From NCBI GenBank assembly GCA_964246625.1, contig CAXTRM010000007.1, positions 1 through 34,797 on the forward strand: a stretch of DNA of 34,797 nucleotides. Reading direction: 5' to 3'. The notes under the pieces were generated by a model that saw only the letters and a program-made list of their open reading frames with translations, was not told the DNA's origin and did not search any database. Positions 19,219 through 27,976 of the stretch are shown one piece after another (positions within the stretch are counted from its first letter, which is position 1; every line of letters begins with the position of its first letter). The stretch is from an uncultured Acidobacteriaceae bacterium. Lineage in GTDB: Bacteria; Acidobacteriota; Terriglobia; Terriglobales; Acidobacteriaceae. Position numbers and translations under genes: made by a program.

Positions 19219-20463
19219 ATGAACACATCACGCAGAAGCTTTCTCGCTACCTCCGCGTTTTCCACGGCCTCCTTGGCGTTCTCGGCAAGAGGTAACGCGC
19301 AGGCACACGATATGGGTCACATGCAGCATGGCCCTCCGAAACCGGAGCGCCCTTCTGTGCCCCGACTGCCAGCTCTGCTTTGCAAGATGACGGAAACTGT
19401 CGGTATCGACACAGCCTTCAAGATGCTGATGGAAGGCAAAGATACCCTTGATGCGGCACTGCACGTGTGTACCACACAGGAGGACGATCCAAAGGACCAC
19501 TCAACCGGTGTTGGCGCCCTGCCAAACGCTCAGGGTGTCATCCAGTTGGATGGGTGCTGCTTTCACGGGCCGACTCGCCGCGCCGCCGCTGTTGGCGCCG
19601 TAACTGGCATTCGGAGTGCATCCCTCCTGGCGCGTGCATTGATGGATGGTACGGGGAATGCTTCGCTTGTCGGCTCAGATGCACAAGCGTTCGCGCTTGC
19701 TCGCGGGTTCGTCAAAGAGGAGCTTGATACGCCTCGCAGTCGGCAAACCTATGAGCTCTGGCGAAAGATCAGCGCCAACTCGAGCAGCCTTGGTACGGGG
19801 AGCTATGATCCTAGTTGGCCCGAACCGCTCCGCAAAGCGCATTTTCTGCCACAATCGCAAAAGCAGTTCGACCTCCTCATACGAACGTTTGAACCGCTGG
19901 CCGTTGAACTGGGTCTTGAGCCTGCAATGAGCTGGCGAGCCGTCTTTGATGCTCTCGCCCCGAGCAGTCAAGCAGTGTATGTGTCAGCCATCGACCGTAA
20001 CGGCCAGATCTCTTCTGCCTGCACGTCGAGCGGTCAGCCCTGGCGCCTGCCGGGCGTTATGAGCGATGTTGCTTCCCTCGGAGCAGGCTGTTTCCTTGAC
20101 CCGGAGGTCGGCTCAGCAGGCGCTAGTGGGAGCGCAGAGGCGAGCATCAAAATTGCTGGAGCCCACACCATCGTAGAGAACATGCGTATGGGTATGTCCC
20201 CGGAAGAGGCTGGCTTGGATGCCTTGCGACGCATCGTGCGCTTGTACGGAAACAGCGTTGACGCCCTCCGTTTCGTTGAGGTGGTGTACTACATCATGCG
20301 CAAGGATGGCGCGTATGCTGGTGTATCACTGTGGCAAGGTGACCGCACAGGCCACGTTCGTCAGTTTACTGTCATTGATGGTGAAGCAACACGACGTACA
20401 GAAGAGTGCGTTCCCCTATTTCCGTGCAGTCCTTTCGAAGCCTGCTCAGCCCTGCACGCGTAA
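19219..20463 (+). CDS. Tat-exported glycosylasparaginase (Ntn-hydrolase) homologue lacking catalytic residues
   Basis: SRRSFL Tat motif; EDDP..STGVGALPN..G.IQLDGCCFHGP, GAGCF, GMSPEEA. The nucleophile and substrate-binding positions are substituted (see findings). Confidence 0.85.
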   Translation: MNTSRRSFLATSAFSTASLAFSARGNAQAHDMGHMQHGPPKPERPSVPRLPALLCKMTETVGIDTAFKMLMEGKDTLDAALHVCTTQEDDPKDHSTGVGALPNAQGVIQLDGCCFHGPTRRAAAVGAVTGIRSASLLARALMDGTGNASLVGSDAQAFALARGFVKEELDTPRSRQTYELWRKISANSSSLGTGSYDPSWPEPLRKAHFLPQSQKQFDLLIRTFEPLAVELGLEPAMSWRAVFDALAPSSQAVYVSAIDRNGQISSACTSSGQPWRLPGVMSDVASLGAGCFLDPEVGSAGASGSAEASIKIAGAHTIVENMRMGMSPEEAGLDALRRIVRLYGNSVDALRFVEVVYYIMRKDGAYAGVSLWQGDRTGHVRQFTVIDGEATRRTEECVPLFPCSPFEACSALHA

Positions 20464-20472
20464 GAGGGCTAG

Positions 20473-22878
20473 TTGAAGAAGACAAGAAGCAAACGGCCGC
20501 ATCGCCCGAAGAGGACTGACTGCCTGTTTCCGAAGTTTGGCCGTTCCATGGTTCTCTGGGGTAGCCTCTTCTCCGCCCTGTGTCTTGCTTGTGCTGTGGG
20601 CCAAGCTGGAGCCCAGAGTACGCGCGGAGAGATTGATCTCACCGTGACGGGAGTGACCGGAGGCTCCCAGGTCGTAAGTGGGTCGCTGGTGAGCGAGGAG
20701 CGACAGTACCGTAGGCTGTTTACTCTCAGCACACCCGGTCGGTTGGTTGCCGATCGACTTCTGTACGGCAGCTACGCTCTCCGACTGAACGCGCCCGGCT
20801 GTCAGCCCATTCTCCAGGAGATCAGTATAGAAGATGTCGCTCCGAAGACCATTCAGGTCCAACTCACCATTGCACCGCTCAAGCAGACAGTCACCGTTAG
20901 CTCTGCACCGACTTTACTAGATACCTCATCTGCGTCCCCGAGTGTCGCTCTCGGTTCTTCCCAGCTTCAGGAGAAGCTTTCTGCACAACCCGGAAGAGAT
21001 CTCCTAGAGATCATTCAGGACCAGCCAGGTTGGCTCTTTGAAGCCAATGGTGTCTTGCATCCGCGTGGCTCTGAATACGACACTCAGTTCGTCATCAATG
21101 GTGTGCCACGGACAGAAAACTTGTCCCCTTCTTTTGCCGCATCGCCCTCTGCAGAGACAGTCCAATCAGCTCAGGTGCTGACCGCTGGCTTTCCAGCAGA
21201 GTATGGGCGCAGTTTGGGAGGAGTGGTCGATATTACGACCGGTTCGGCGCGTACGCCGGGCCTTCACGGCGTCCTCGAGTCCTCCGGAGGAGCCTTCGCT
21301 ACGGCTTCGGGATCAACTCGACTGGGCTACGGGACGGCGCGTCAGCAGGCGACCTTGACGGCTGAGGCGTATCGAACTGATCGCTTTCTGGATCCTCCCG
21401 TTCTGGGTAACTTCACCAATCGGGCTTCTGCAGCGACGACGAATCTCAGCGAACAAGTTGATCTTTCACCAACGAACAAGATCGACCTCGACTTCAGCTA
21501 CGCCGCGCTGCACTCAATGGTGCCGAACGAACTGGTTCAGCAGAATAACGGCCAACAGCAGAACCGGGGAAGCCAGCAAGCATCGGGTAGTCTCTTATGG
21601 CAGCACACAATCTCACCCGGCACTCTTCTGACCACAGCTGGCAACATTCTGGATACGGATGCTGACCTGAGGTCTAATGCGGCGTCGGTTCCAATCGATG
21701 TTGGGCAAGACCGAGGGTTCAGGCAGGGGTGGTTCCGCATGGACCTGGCCGGCGAGAGCCGGCACAATGAGTGGAAGGTTGGTGTAGACGCCATTCTGCG
21801 CCACGTGCATGAGCAACTTAGTTACACAATCACAGACGCTAGTGCCTTCGATCCCGGAACTCTCTTATCCCTCCAGTTCGCTGACAAACGTTGGGATACT
21901 GAACCGTCCGGCTTCGTCCAGGACACGTTGCATGTGGGGCGCTGGAATGTCGCGGCGGGTTTGCGCTATGACAAGTACGCATTTATTGTTAAACGCCAGG
22001 CTTGGAGTCCACGAATCGCCGCCTCACGGTACTTTCCGAGGGCTCATTTCGCAGTTCACGCCTCCTACGATCGCATCTTCCAGGTGCCAGCAATTGAGAA
22101 TCTCCTGCTTGCTAGCTCTCCTGTCTTCGATTCCGTAAGCGCCTTTGTACAGCGTCTTCCAGTACAGCCCGCCTCAGCTCACTTCTACGAAGTGGGGGCC
22201 ACTGGACAGGTTGCAGAAAGGCTACGTCTGTCCGCCAACTTCTTTCTTAGAACATTTCGCAACTACGCTGACGATGACACTTTGCTCAACACCGGGGTAA
22301 GCTTCCCCATCGCAGATGCAAGCGCACGCATCACTGGAGAGGAAGTCACAATTCTTGTTCCAGACTGGCGAAGGCTGCTCGTTCAGCTCAGCTATTCTAA
22401 TCAGACTGGAAGTGCATCGGGCCCTGTTGTCGGAGGCCTGCTGATCGGGGACGAGGCAAGCGATGCTACTGTTGCACCGCGGCGCTTCGCTATCTCCCAA
22501 GATCAGCGCAATTCCGTCCGTGCGCGTGCGCGTTGGAGCCCGCGCAGTTTTCTTTGGTTTGGTTTGCACGCTTCGTACAACAGTGGTTTACCGGTTGAGC
22601 TTGATGGTGACGTGGATCAAGCTCAGCTACAGGCAGAGTACGGAGAGAGGGTGCTTCGTTGCGTTAACTTTGATCGCGGACGCATCCGGCCTTGGTCATC
22701 CATTGACCTGCTTACCGGCCTTCACCTCTTACCTAAGGGAGACCGTGATCTATCCTTGGAGGTTCAGGCCACGAACTTGGGCGACCGAGTCAACGTAGTT
22801 AATTTTGCAAGCCTGTTTTCGGGAACAGCGATTGCTCCCCCCAGAAGTGTTAACGCACGTCTCCGCTATTCCTTTTAG
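20473..22878 (+). CDS. TonB-dependent receptor
   Basis: Carboxypeptidase-regulatory-like N-domain, plug (VTVS, LHPRGSE, PAEYGRSLGGVVDITT), AGLRYD, TNLGD, C-terminal LRYSF. Start uncertain. Confidence 0.9.
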   Translation: MKKTRSKRPHRPKRTDCLFPKFGRSMVLWGSLFSALCLACAVGQAGAQSTRGEIDLTVTGVTGGSQVVSGSLVSEERQYRRLFTLSTPGRLVADRLLYGSYALRLNAPGCQPILQEISIEDVAPKTIQVQLTIAPLKQTVTVSSAPTLLDTSSASPSVALGSSQLQEKLSAQPGRDLLEIIQDQPGWLFEANGVLHPRGSEYDTQFVINGVPRTENLSPSFAASPSAETVQSAQVLTAGFPAEYGRSLGGVVDITTGSARTPGLHGVLESSGGAFATASGSTRLGYGTARQQATLTAEAYRTDRFLDPPVLGNFTNRASAATTNLSEQVDLSPTNKIDLDFSYAALHSMVPNELVQQNNGQQQNRGSQQASGSLLWQHTISPGTLLTTAGNILDTDADLRSNAASVPIDVGQDRGFRQGWFRMDLAGESRHNEWKVGVDAILRHVHEQLSYTITDASAFDPGTLLSLQFADKRWDTEPSGFVQDTLHVGRWNVAAGLRYDKYAFIVKRQAWSPRIAASRYFPRAHFAVHASYDRIFQVPAIENLLLASSPVFDSVSAFVQRLPVQPASAHFYEVGATGQVAERLRLSANFFLRTFRNYADDDTLLNTGVSFPIADASARITGEEVTILVPDWRRLLVQLSYSNQTGSASGPVVGGLLIGDEASDATVAPRRFAISQDQRNSVRARARWSPRSFLWFGLHASYNSGLPVELDGDVDQAQLQAEYGERVLRCVNFDRGRIRPWSSIDLLTGLHLLPKGDRDLSLEVQATNLGDRVNVVNFASLFSGTAIAPPRSVNARLRYSF

Positions 22879-23249
22879 CTTCTGCCCTCGGGCGCATTGC
22901 ACCGGTGCTCAGTGGCAAGGAGGAGCCTGCAAGGCAACTGAGTTGTTTGCACGTCACAGGCAGGGTGAGTTTGCGATCGAGGCACGCTACCCTGGCGGTC
23001 CACACAACAGCCCATACTTGACCGTTGTATAAGTTCAGAGAAGTTGCCAGGATTCAGCCTGCCTCCTTGTTCCTGCGCATGAGGAAGGGCACAAACCACT
23101 TGACGGATGACTCTGTGCCGACCGTCAGAGAACGACCCAGTCTTGATCACCCTGCGCGCGCATTGTGATCTGGCGGCTACTGGGATGTCAGCTTGAAAGA
23201 GAAACAAGATTCCTATACTAGAAGCCAAGCTCCCCTTATGCCCGCCTCA

Positions 23250-23266
23250 GGATCAAGTCTTGATCC
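23250..23266. repeat. perfect 17-bp palindrome GGATCAAG-T-CTTGATCC
   Basis: Read directly from sequence; intergenic and followed by a second hairpin CCGAGCCC...GGGCTCGG. Confidence 0.6.
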
Positions 23267-23324
23267 GAGCCCTCGATCACTACGAGTGAACTGACGGGCT
23301 CGGCTCAGGGGGAGAGCACGTACT

Positions 23325-23645
23325 CTAGGAACGAGATGTGAGAGGGGCGTGAAGCTTTTCACCCCGGACTACGTCAAAGTCACCTGCATACGGCTCCGGC
23401 GTCTGTGTGGAGACGAGCGAAGTCCTCCCCTTAGGCGCACCAACAAGTCCGCCGAGTGCAGCGGCAATCGCACTTAACAGTAAGGCCAAGAAGCTCCATA
23501 GCGCTGCTTTCGAAACACCTGAGGCCGCCTTGTCAGCTGCCGATGATGCCGTCGACTTGGCCTGATCTTTGGCCTGTCTCAGCTTTTGCTGCCAGCCGGC
23601 GATCTCCTGGCTTGCCTGTTCGGGGCTCACACCTGCTTCTGAGAT
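23325..23645 (-). pseudogene. 3' remnant of a membrane-anchored helical protein
   Basis: SEAGVSPEQASQEIAGWQQKLRQAKDQAK...AADKAASGVSKAALWSFLALLLSAIAAALGG. The 5' part is replaced by the recombinase remnant on the other strand. Confidence 0.65.
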
Positions 23646-25672
23646 ACGAGACCAATCAGGTTCTGCCGCGCTTCTGGCGTGACAGTTACGTCCCCTCCTG
23701 GTGTTGGCGGAACGAAGCGGCATCGCATCGCGCCGAACAGATGTGTCCATGCTGACGCTCCTGCAAGAGATGGTGAGCAAGCGGACGACCTTTTGGCAGT
23801 GGAACCAGGAAAGTTGGAGGCAACTTCTTTCCAGGAGGTTGTTGTCTCGGCCCTATGTAGCCGCTGTGGCGTACCATTTCGGGGGCTCACGGGAGCCCGT
23901 GATCTTTGCCATGGCTGGAACCTACGCTGAAGCGATCTTTGGCTCGGGCGTGTTCCTTCGAGAATCAACACGGCTCAGGAGAGTGCTTCGTTCACTGGGA
24001 TACGCGGAAGCCCACCTTCAGAACGTACTGCCATCCACCCTCGGACACCTCCTGCTGTAGAATGGCGACCCGCGCCTAGAGAGCCTGAGTTTCGAACTTC
24101 TGCTTTGCGGGCAGGGACATAGGGTTGAGGGCGTTGCGCGCGGCGTCGGGAAGATCTCCAACGGCTTGGCTGCCCTTGGACTGATTGATAAGCCTCTCTG
24201 CATGCGCAACTACGTGGGCTGGAAAGAGGAAGACACAAACGATGTCGGTTCGGAATGGGCATCGTGGTGTGGGCGTTGGCGTGATACGTCGACTAACCGT
24301 CCCAAACGCGTGAGAGCAACTACAGCTTTATCCTTCGGATCGGACTGTGGCTCAAGCGGCATCACCCGGAGGTTCCATCGCCGGCAGATTGGAACATCCC
24401 GCTGTGCGCGGAATTCCTTGCTGCGGTGAACGGTATGACCGTTGGTCAATGGGAACTGGCCTCAGCAGGTTCTCGCAACCGAACTCGCTATGGAACCCTG
24501 ATCGCCGCCAACTCGAAGCACAGCTTCCTCCATGCGCTTCGAAAGTTCTTTATCGATGTGGAGGTGTGGGGTTGGGTTAAGCTCCGGATCAGACTGCATC
24601 ACCATCTGGCTACACCACGTACTGTGAGCTTTGCCTCTCGGGTAAACCCACGAGTGATCGACGATGCTGCGTGGCTTAAGCTGATCTGGGCTAGTCTGAA
24701 CATCGAACGAGCCGATCTCCTTTCCGAGATCTACTACCCACTAGCCATGATCCAAGCGATGGCAGTGGTCTGGACGCATGCGGGTCTGCGGCAGAACGAA
24801 ATCAAGAGGCTTGTACTCGGATGTGCTCGCGGTCAGCCGGAAGACATTCTGAACGACGACGGCAGCCGGGTACCTTCGGGGACGCTATGTTATCTGGATC
24901 TGCCTGCCAGCAAGAACTTCCAAGCCTTTGTGAAGCCCCTGGCCGCCGTCGTAAAAGATAGAATTAATGCCTGGGAAAGGAGCGTCCCGCAAATCAGGCG
25001 GCTTTGATCGACGAACGAACCGGCGAGCGAGTGCGGTTCCTCTTTCAGTTCCGTGGTCGGAAGCCAGGCGGAGATATTTTGAAACTGGACAATCATCCCT
25101 CTTCTGTGCGCGAAGGCCGGCCTGCCTACCTCTGACAGTCGAGGAACGATCACCAGCCATCGGGGAAGAGCTTCTGCTGTGACCGCCCTTGCCAGCGTCC
25201 TCCATGATCGAGCTGATGCGGTGGTCGGGGCATAGCTCTCCCACCTCGACAATGCATTACATCCGGATCCGCCCAACTAAGCTGGCCGCCTCATTTTGCC
25301 CGCGCAGACCACATGGCGCACATGGCGGCCGTGCTGATTGATCACGAGATGGCCGGCAAGCAATCCGGCCAACCCTATGCTTTCTATGATCTCAGGAACT
25401 CCTACTGCACTAATCCATTCTGGAGCACCTGCCCCCACAGGATGTCATGTGCCGGTTGCGACTTCAACCTTCCTAAGGAGAGTGCACGAGGTCAGGCGCT
25501 CGAGAGTAAGGCGTCGATCAGACGCTACCTTGAGGAGGTGCCGCTGAGCGCGGATGAGCGGGGCATCGTCGAAGGCGACCTGATGAAGGTAGACGGGCTA
25601 ATCAAGAAGTTGGCTTCCGTACCCTGTCTCGATGGACGAACGCCAATTCAAATCGGTGCAAGCAGAGCTTAG
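23646..25672 (+). pseudogene. large tyrosine recombinase/integrase (Tn554 TnpB-like architecture), degenerate
   Basis: Pieces across frames: HAGLRQNE (catalytic R, ~24788), ITSHRGR (HxxR, 25158), WSGHSS...MHY (H 25231, Y 25258), and a C-terminal CTNPFWSTCPHRMSCAGC module. In-frame TAG at 24058, several frameshifts, 5' end missing. Confidence 0.85.
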
Positions 25673-25920
25673 GAGCTGGGATTGCCGAAAACACCGATTT
25701 TTAGAACACTTGCCGATGGTGCATCAGTTTGAGGTGTTGGGACGCTGAAGACTCTCGAATCGATACTTCCAACCCATAGCGCAATGAGCGCGGCGATAGC
25801 CAAGATAGAAATCGTGAACGCGATCCAATACCAGGCGGACCGCTGCCGCCCGCCATCCCTGCGCCACTCTGAACCGACAGCTCCGAGGAGGATGAGGCCG
25901 CCGAAGATCGACAGAACCAT
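25669..25920 (-). CDS. small 2-TM hypothetical protein
   Basis: Two hydrophobic segments; the 3' end reads through site A. Confidence 0.5.
   Translation of the reverse strand: MVLSIFGGLILLGAVGSEWRRDGGRQRSAWYWIAFTISILAIAALIALWVGSIDSRVFSVPTPQTDAPSASVLKIGVFGNPSS
25681..25708 (+). repeat. 28-bp quasi-palindromic site A (ATTGCCGAAAACACCGATTTTTAGAACA)
   Basis: 8 nt after the recombinase stop; related to sites B-F. Confidence 0.6.
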
Positions 25921-25923
25921 AGA

Positions 25924-26214
25924 TCAACGACCGAAAGCGTAACCAATCCTAAGTATAAGTATCAACGACAGCAGCCCGAGAGACGAACCGACCCAACGCT
26001 TCCGACCAAAGCCAAAGGGGCAAGCTAATAGCGTAACTACGGAGACGACGTTAATCACTTGAAACCACCTACTTGCTTCGTCGAGGTGACCCCAAAATCC
26101 ATGCAGTTGGCCCACACGCCTCCAGAAGGCCGTGTGAAGGGCGAGCAAAATGATGAAACCGAAGTATCCCACTCGGGAAAACCAATGCCGCTTGTGACCG
26201 AAGAGGATCATCAA
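25924..26214 (-). CDS. small multi-TM hypothetical protein
   Basis: Three hydrophobic segments (YFGFIILLAL, VINVVSVVTLL, LGLLSLILIL); start uncertain. Confidence 0.55.
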   Translation of the reverse strand: MMILFGHKRHWFSRVGYFGFIILLALHTAFWRRVGQLHGFWGHLDEASRWFQVINVVSVVTLLACPFGFGRKRWVGSSLGLLSLILILRIGYAFGR

Positions 26215-26274
26215 AATGCTTCACAGAATACAGCGTGCCCGCACACGGCGTCATTGGCAGTCGGCCATTCGGCT

Positions 26275-26302
26275 CTTTCCGAAGACGCGACTTTTTAGGA
26301 GT
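26275..26302 (+). repeat. site B (CTTTCCGAAGACGCGACTTTTTAGGAGT)
   Basis: 18/28 identical to site A by manual count; intergenic. Confidence 0.6.
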
Positions 26303-26402
26303 TCGCTCGTCCGAAGCCTAAGATGAGGCAGGCATACGCGTGACGGCCTGTGAAGAAGGCCTAGCTCGTAGACGTTCACTTGGGCAGCACCAGAAGGTCT
26401 GC

Positions 26403-26819
26403 ATGGGAAAGATCAACTTGGCCAGTCTAGCCCTGTGGCTTGGGGCAATCGGTCAATCACTACTACTCGGCCATCTGTTGGATCGGTTCTCCTCTTGGCT
26501 GTCATTCCTGCCGTTCCTTGGACCATGGATTCTCGTCTTCGTGATCTCGTTCTGCCGGATCGCTCCTTGCGGTCCAACTCGATTCGCGCAGCTCCTCGTC
26601 TTCGCAATGGGTTGGTACTCGCTCAACACACTCGGGTGTGAGATGGTTTGGCTGTTCGTTCCGAGCGGGCGGTCGAGCGTGTACAGTGCTACAATCCCTC
26701 ACGTGCTCGCTTATGGGAGTGCGATCAGCTTCATCGTATTCGTTGACGCAGTGCGCGAGGCACGGAGGTACGAAGTTGAGCAGGCGGCTATGACCTGCGA
26801 TCCATCCAGCAGCCGCTGA
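26403..26819 (+). CDS. 4-TM hypothetical membrane protein
   Basis: GAAGG upstream of ATG 26403; four hydrophobic segments. Confidence 0.65.
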   Translation: MGKINLASLALWLGAIGQSLLLGHLLDRFSSWLSFLPFLGPWILVFVISFCRIAPCGPTRFAQLLVFAMGWYSLNTLGCEMVWLFVPSGRSSVYSATIPHVLAYGSAISFIVFVDAVREARRYEVEQAAMTCDPSSSR

Positions 26820-26837
26820 GTCTCTGCTCTGAGGTGC

Positions 26838-26865
26838 ATTAGCGAAAACTGCGTCTTTAAAACCA
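26838..26865 (+). repeat. site C (ATTAGCGAAAACTGCGTCTTTAAAACCA)
   Basis: 19/28 identical to site A by manual count; lies between two convergent stops. Confidence 0.6.
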
Positions 26866-26873
26866 TAGACTCG

Positions 26874-27243
26874 CTAGTACGGTCGGATTGAAGTGACTTC
26901 CGGCAGACCAAACGGCTGATCCGTACCAGGACAGGAATAAACCTCCAAAGAACTCAGAGCACCGTCTGTCTCAAAGAGCATCACTCTTACCTCCATACCG
27001 TCCGCGGTCGCCAGATAATTACTCACGAGACGTTCCCCTTTGCTCGGGACTGGAAATCGCATCCAAAGCGAAATACACCGTAGGACAGCCGCAGGTGCAA
27101 CGCTCTCGCACAGTAAGACGAGTAATTTCTGCTTGTAGGAGCTGACGATCCGCGTACTCGCCGTGATCAATCAGCCACATCACTAACTCCCGTTCTCGCT
27201 CGGTGAGCGGACGGCAAATGGCTTCTAAAGCGGGATCACTCAT
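26874..27243 (-). pseudogene. frameshifted ~120-aa protein with CxCGCPT motif (possibly DUF6984-like)
   Basis: MSDPALEAICRPLTERERELVMWLI...RCTCGCPTVYFALD, frameshift ~27058, then PVPSKGERLVSNY...VMLFETDGALSSLEVYS...LPEVTSIRPY. The two ORFs join into one coherent protein. Confidence 0.7.
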
Positions 27244-27269
27244 CACGTTGATCATCACAGAGCGAGTCA

Positions 27270-27297
27270 TGCACGGAAAACGGTGTTTTGACCAACT
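27270..27297 (-). repeat. site D (reverse complement AGTTGGTCAAAACACCGTTTTCCGTGCA)
   Basis: Shares the 9-nt core AAAACACCG with site A in inverted orientation (15/28 overall). Confidence 0.5.
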
Positions 27298-27349
27298 CTG
27301 CCTCCCGGCGATAGTTCGAGAAGGAGAACCGGCGGGTCGCAGGGCCGCT

Positions 27350-27377
27350 TCTGCCGAAAACCCGACTCCACGGTACG
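27350..27377 (+). repeat. site E, half-conserved (TCTGCCGAAAACCCGACTCC...)
   Basis: TGCCGAAAAC identical to site A; right arm diverged. Confidence 0.4.
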
Positions 27378-27393
27378 AATACTTCGATTCGAG

Positions 27394-27693
27394 GTGAGCT
27401 TCCTCAAACCTGGCGTAAACTCCCAGCGAGTGCGGAAATCCTGATACGTCCGGGCGTTAGCCTTTGGCACCCTCATCGTGATCATCATCGCGGCGCTCAG
27501 TTCCATCCCAGTGATCAGTCCTATTGGGGCGGTTCTGCTTCCGGGCATGTTGCTCGCTGCGCTCGTGTTTCCGACCGGCATACACAGTGATCACGCAACG
27601 GTCTATATGGTTCTTGTTGCGGTGTGGGACATCGTCCTTTTCTCCATGGCCATCTACTTCGTCCTACGACGGTTCGACAGACGGGAGTCCTGA
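27394..27693 (+). pseudogene. small 3-TM protein with an in-frame TGA near the 5' end
   Basis: GTG 27394 is in frame with ORF 27478..27693; TGA at 27442-27444 (KS*YVRALAFG, plausibly from TGG). Confidence 0.55.
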
Positions 27694-27734
27694 ATCTTCG
27701 TCGATGCAAGCGCTCTGACGCCACCCATACACAA

Positions 27735-27762
27735 GTCCTGATAAACGGCGTTGGCAGCAACT
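27735..27762 (-). repeat. site F (reverse complement AGTTGCTGCCAACGCCGTTTATCAGGAC)
   Basis: 18/28 identical to 25680-25707 in inverted orientation. Confidence 0.5.
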
Positions 27763-27781
27763 GCGTGTTTACCGTTCTTTT

Positions 27782-27917
27782 CAGCCGCCCCCGAGTAACG
27801 AACCGCGGAAATAACGGCGCATGTAAAGGGTGGAAAGCAAAAAAGCGGCTTTCCACCCTTCCAACACGCCTTGGAAATTCCTGCGGGATTCCCACAAGAC
27901 CACGGTCCCGGCGGCTG
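27782..27917. other. nested inverted-repeat (multibranch) element
   Basis: Outer CAGCCGCC/GGCGGCTG; perfect 13-bp stem AAGGGTGGAAAGC/GCTTTCCACCCTT (27826-27860); second stem GGAAATTCC-TGC-GGGATTCCC. Confidence 0.75.
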
Positions 27918-27976
27918 CTTGTTAGGAAAGAAAACAAGATCTGCGATTCCACTTGCATTTTCCATTCCACATAAAT

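Noticed and set aside
22875-23228. 117-aa minus-strand ORF
   Set aside because: TTG start and no recognisable features; cannot be supported.
25669-27780. Classical integron (IntI + attC array)
   Set aside because: No RYYYAAC...GTTRRRY long hairpins between the genes, ORF orientations alternate, and the recombinase has a non-IntI architecture.
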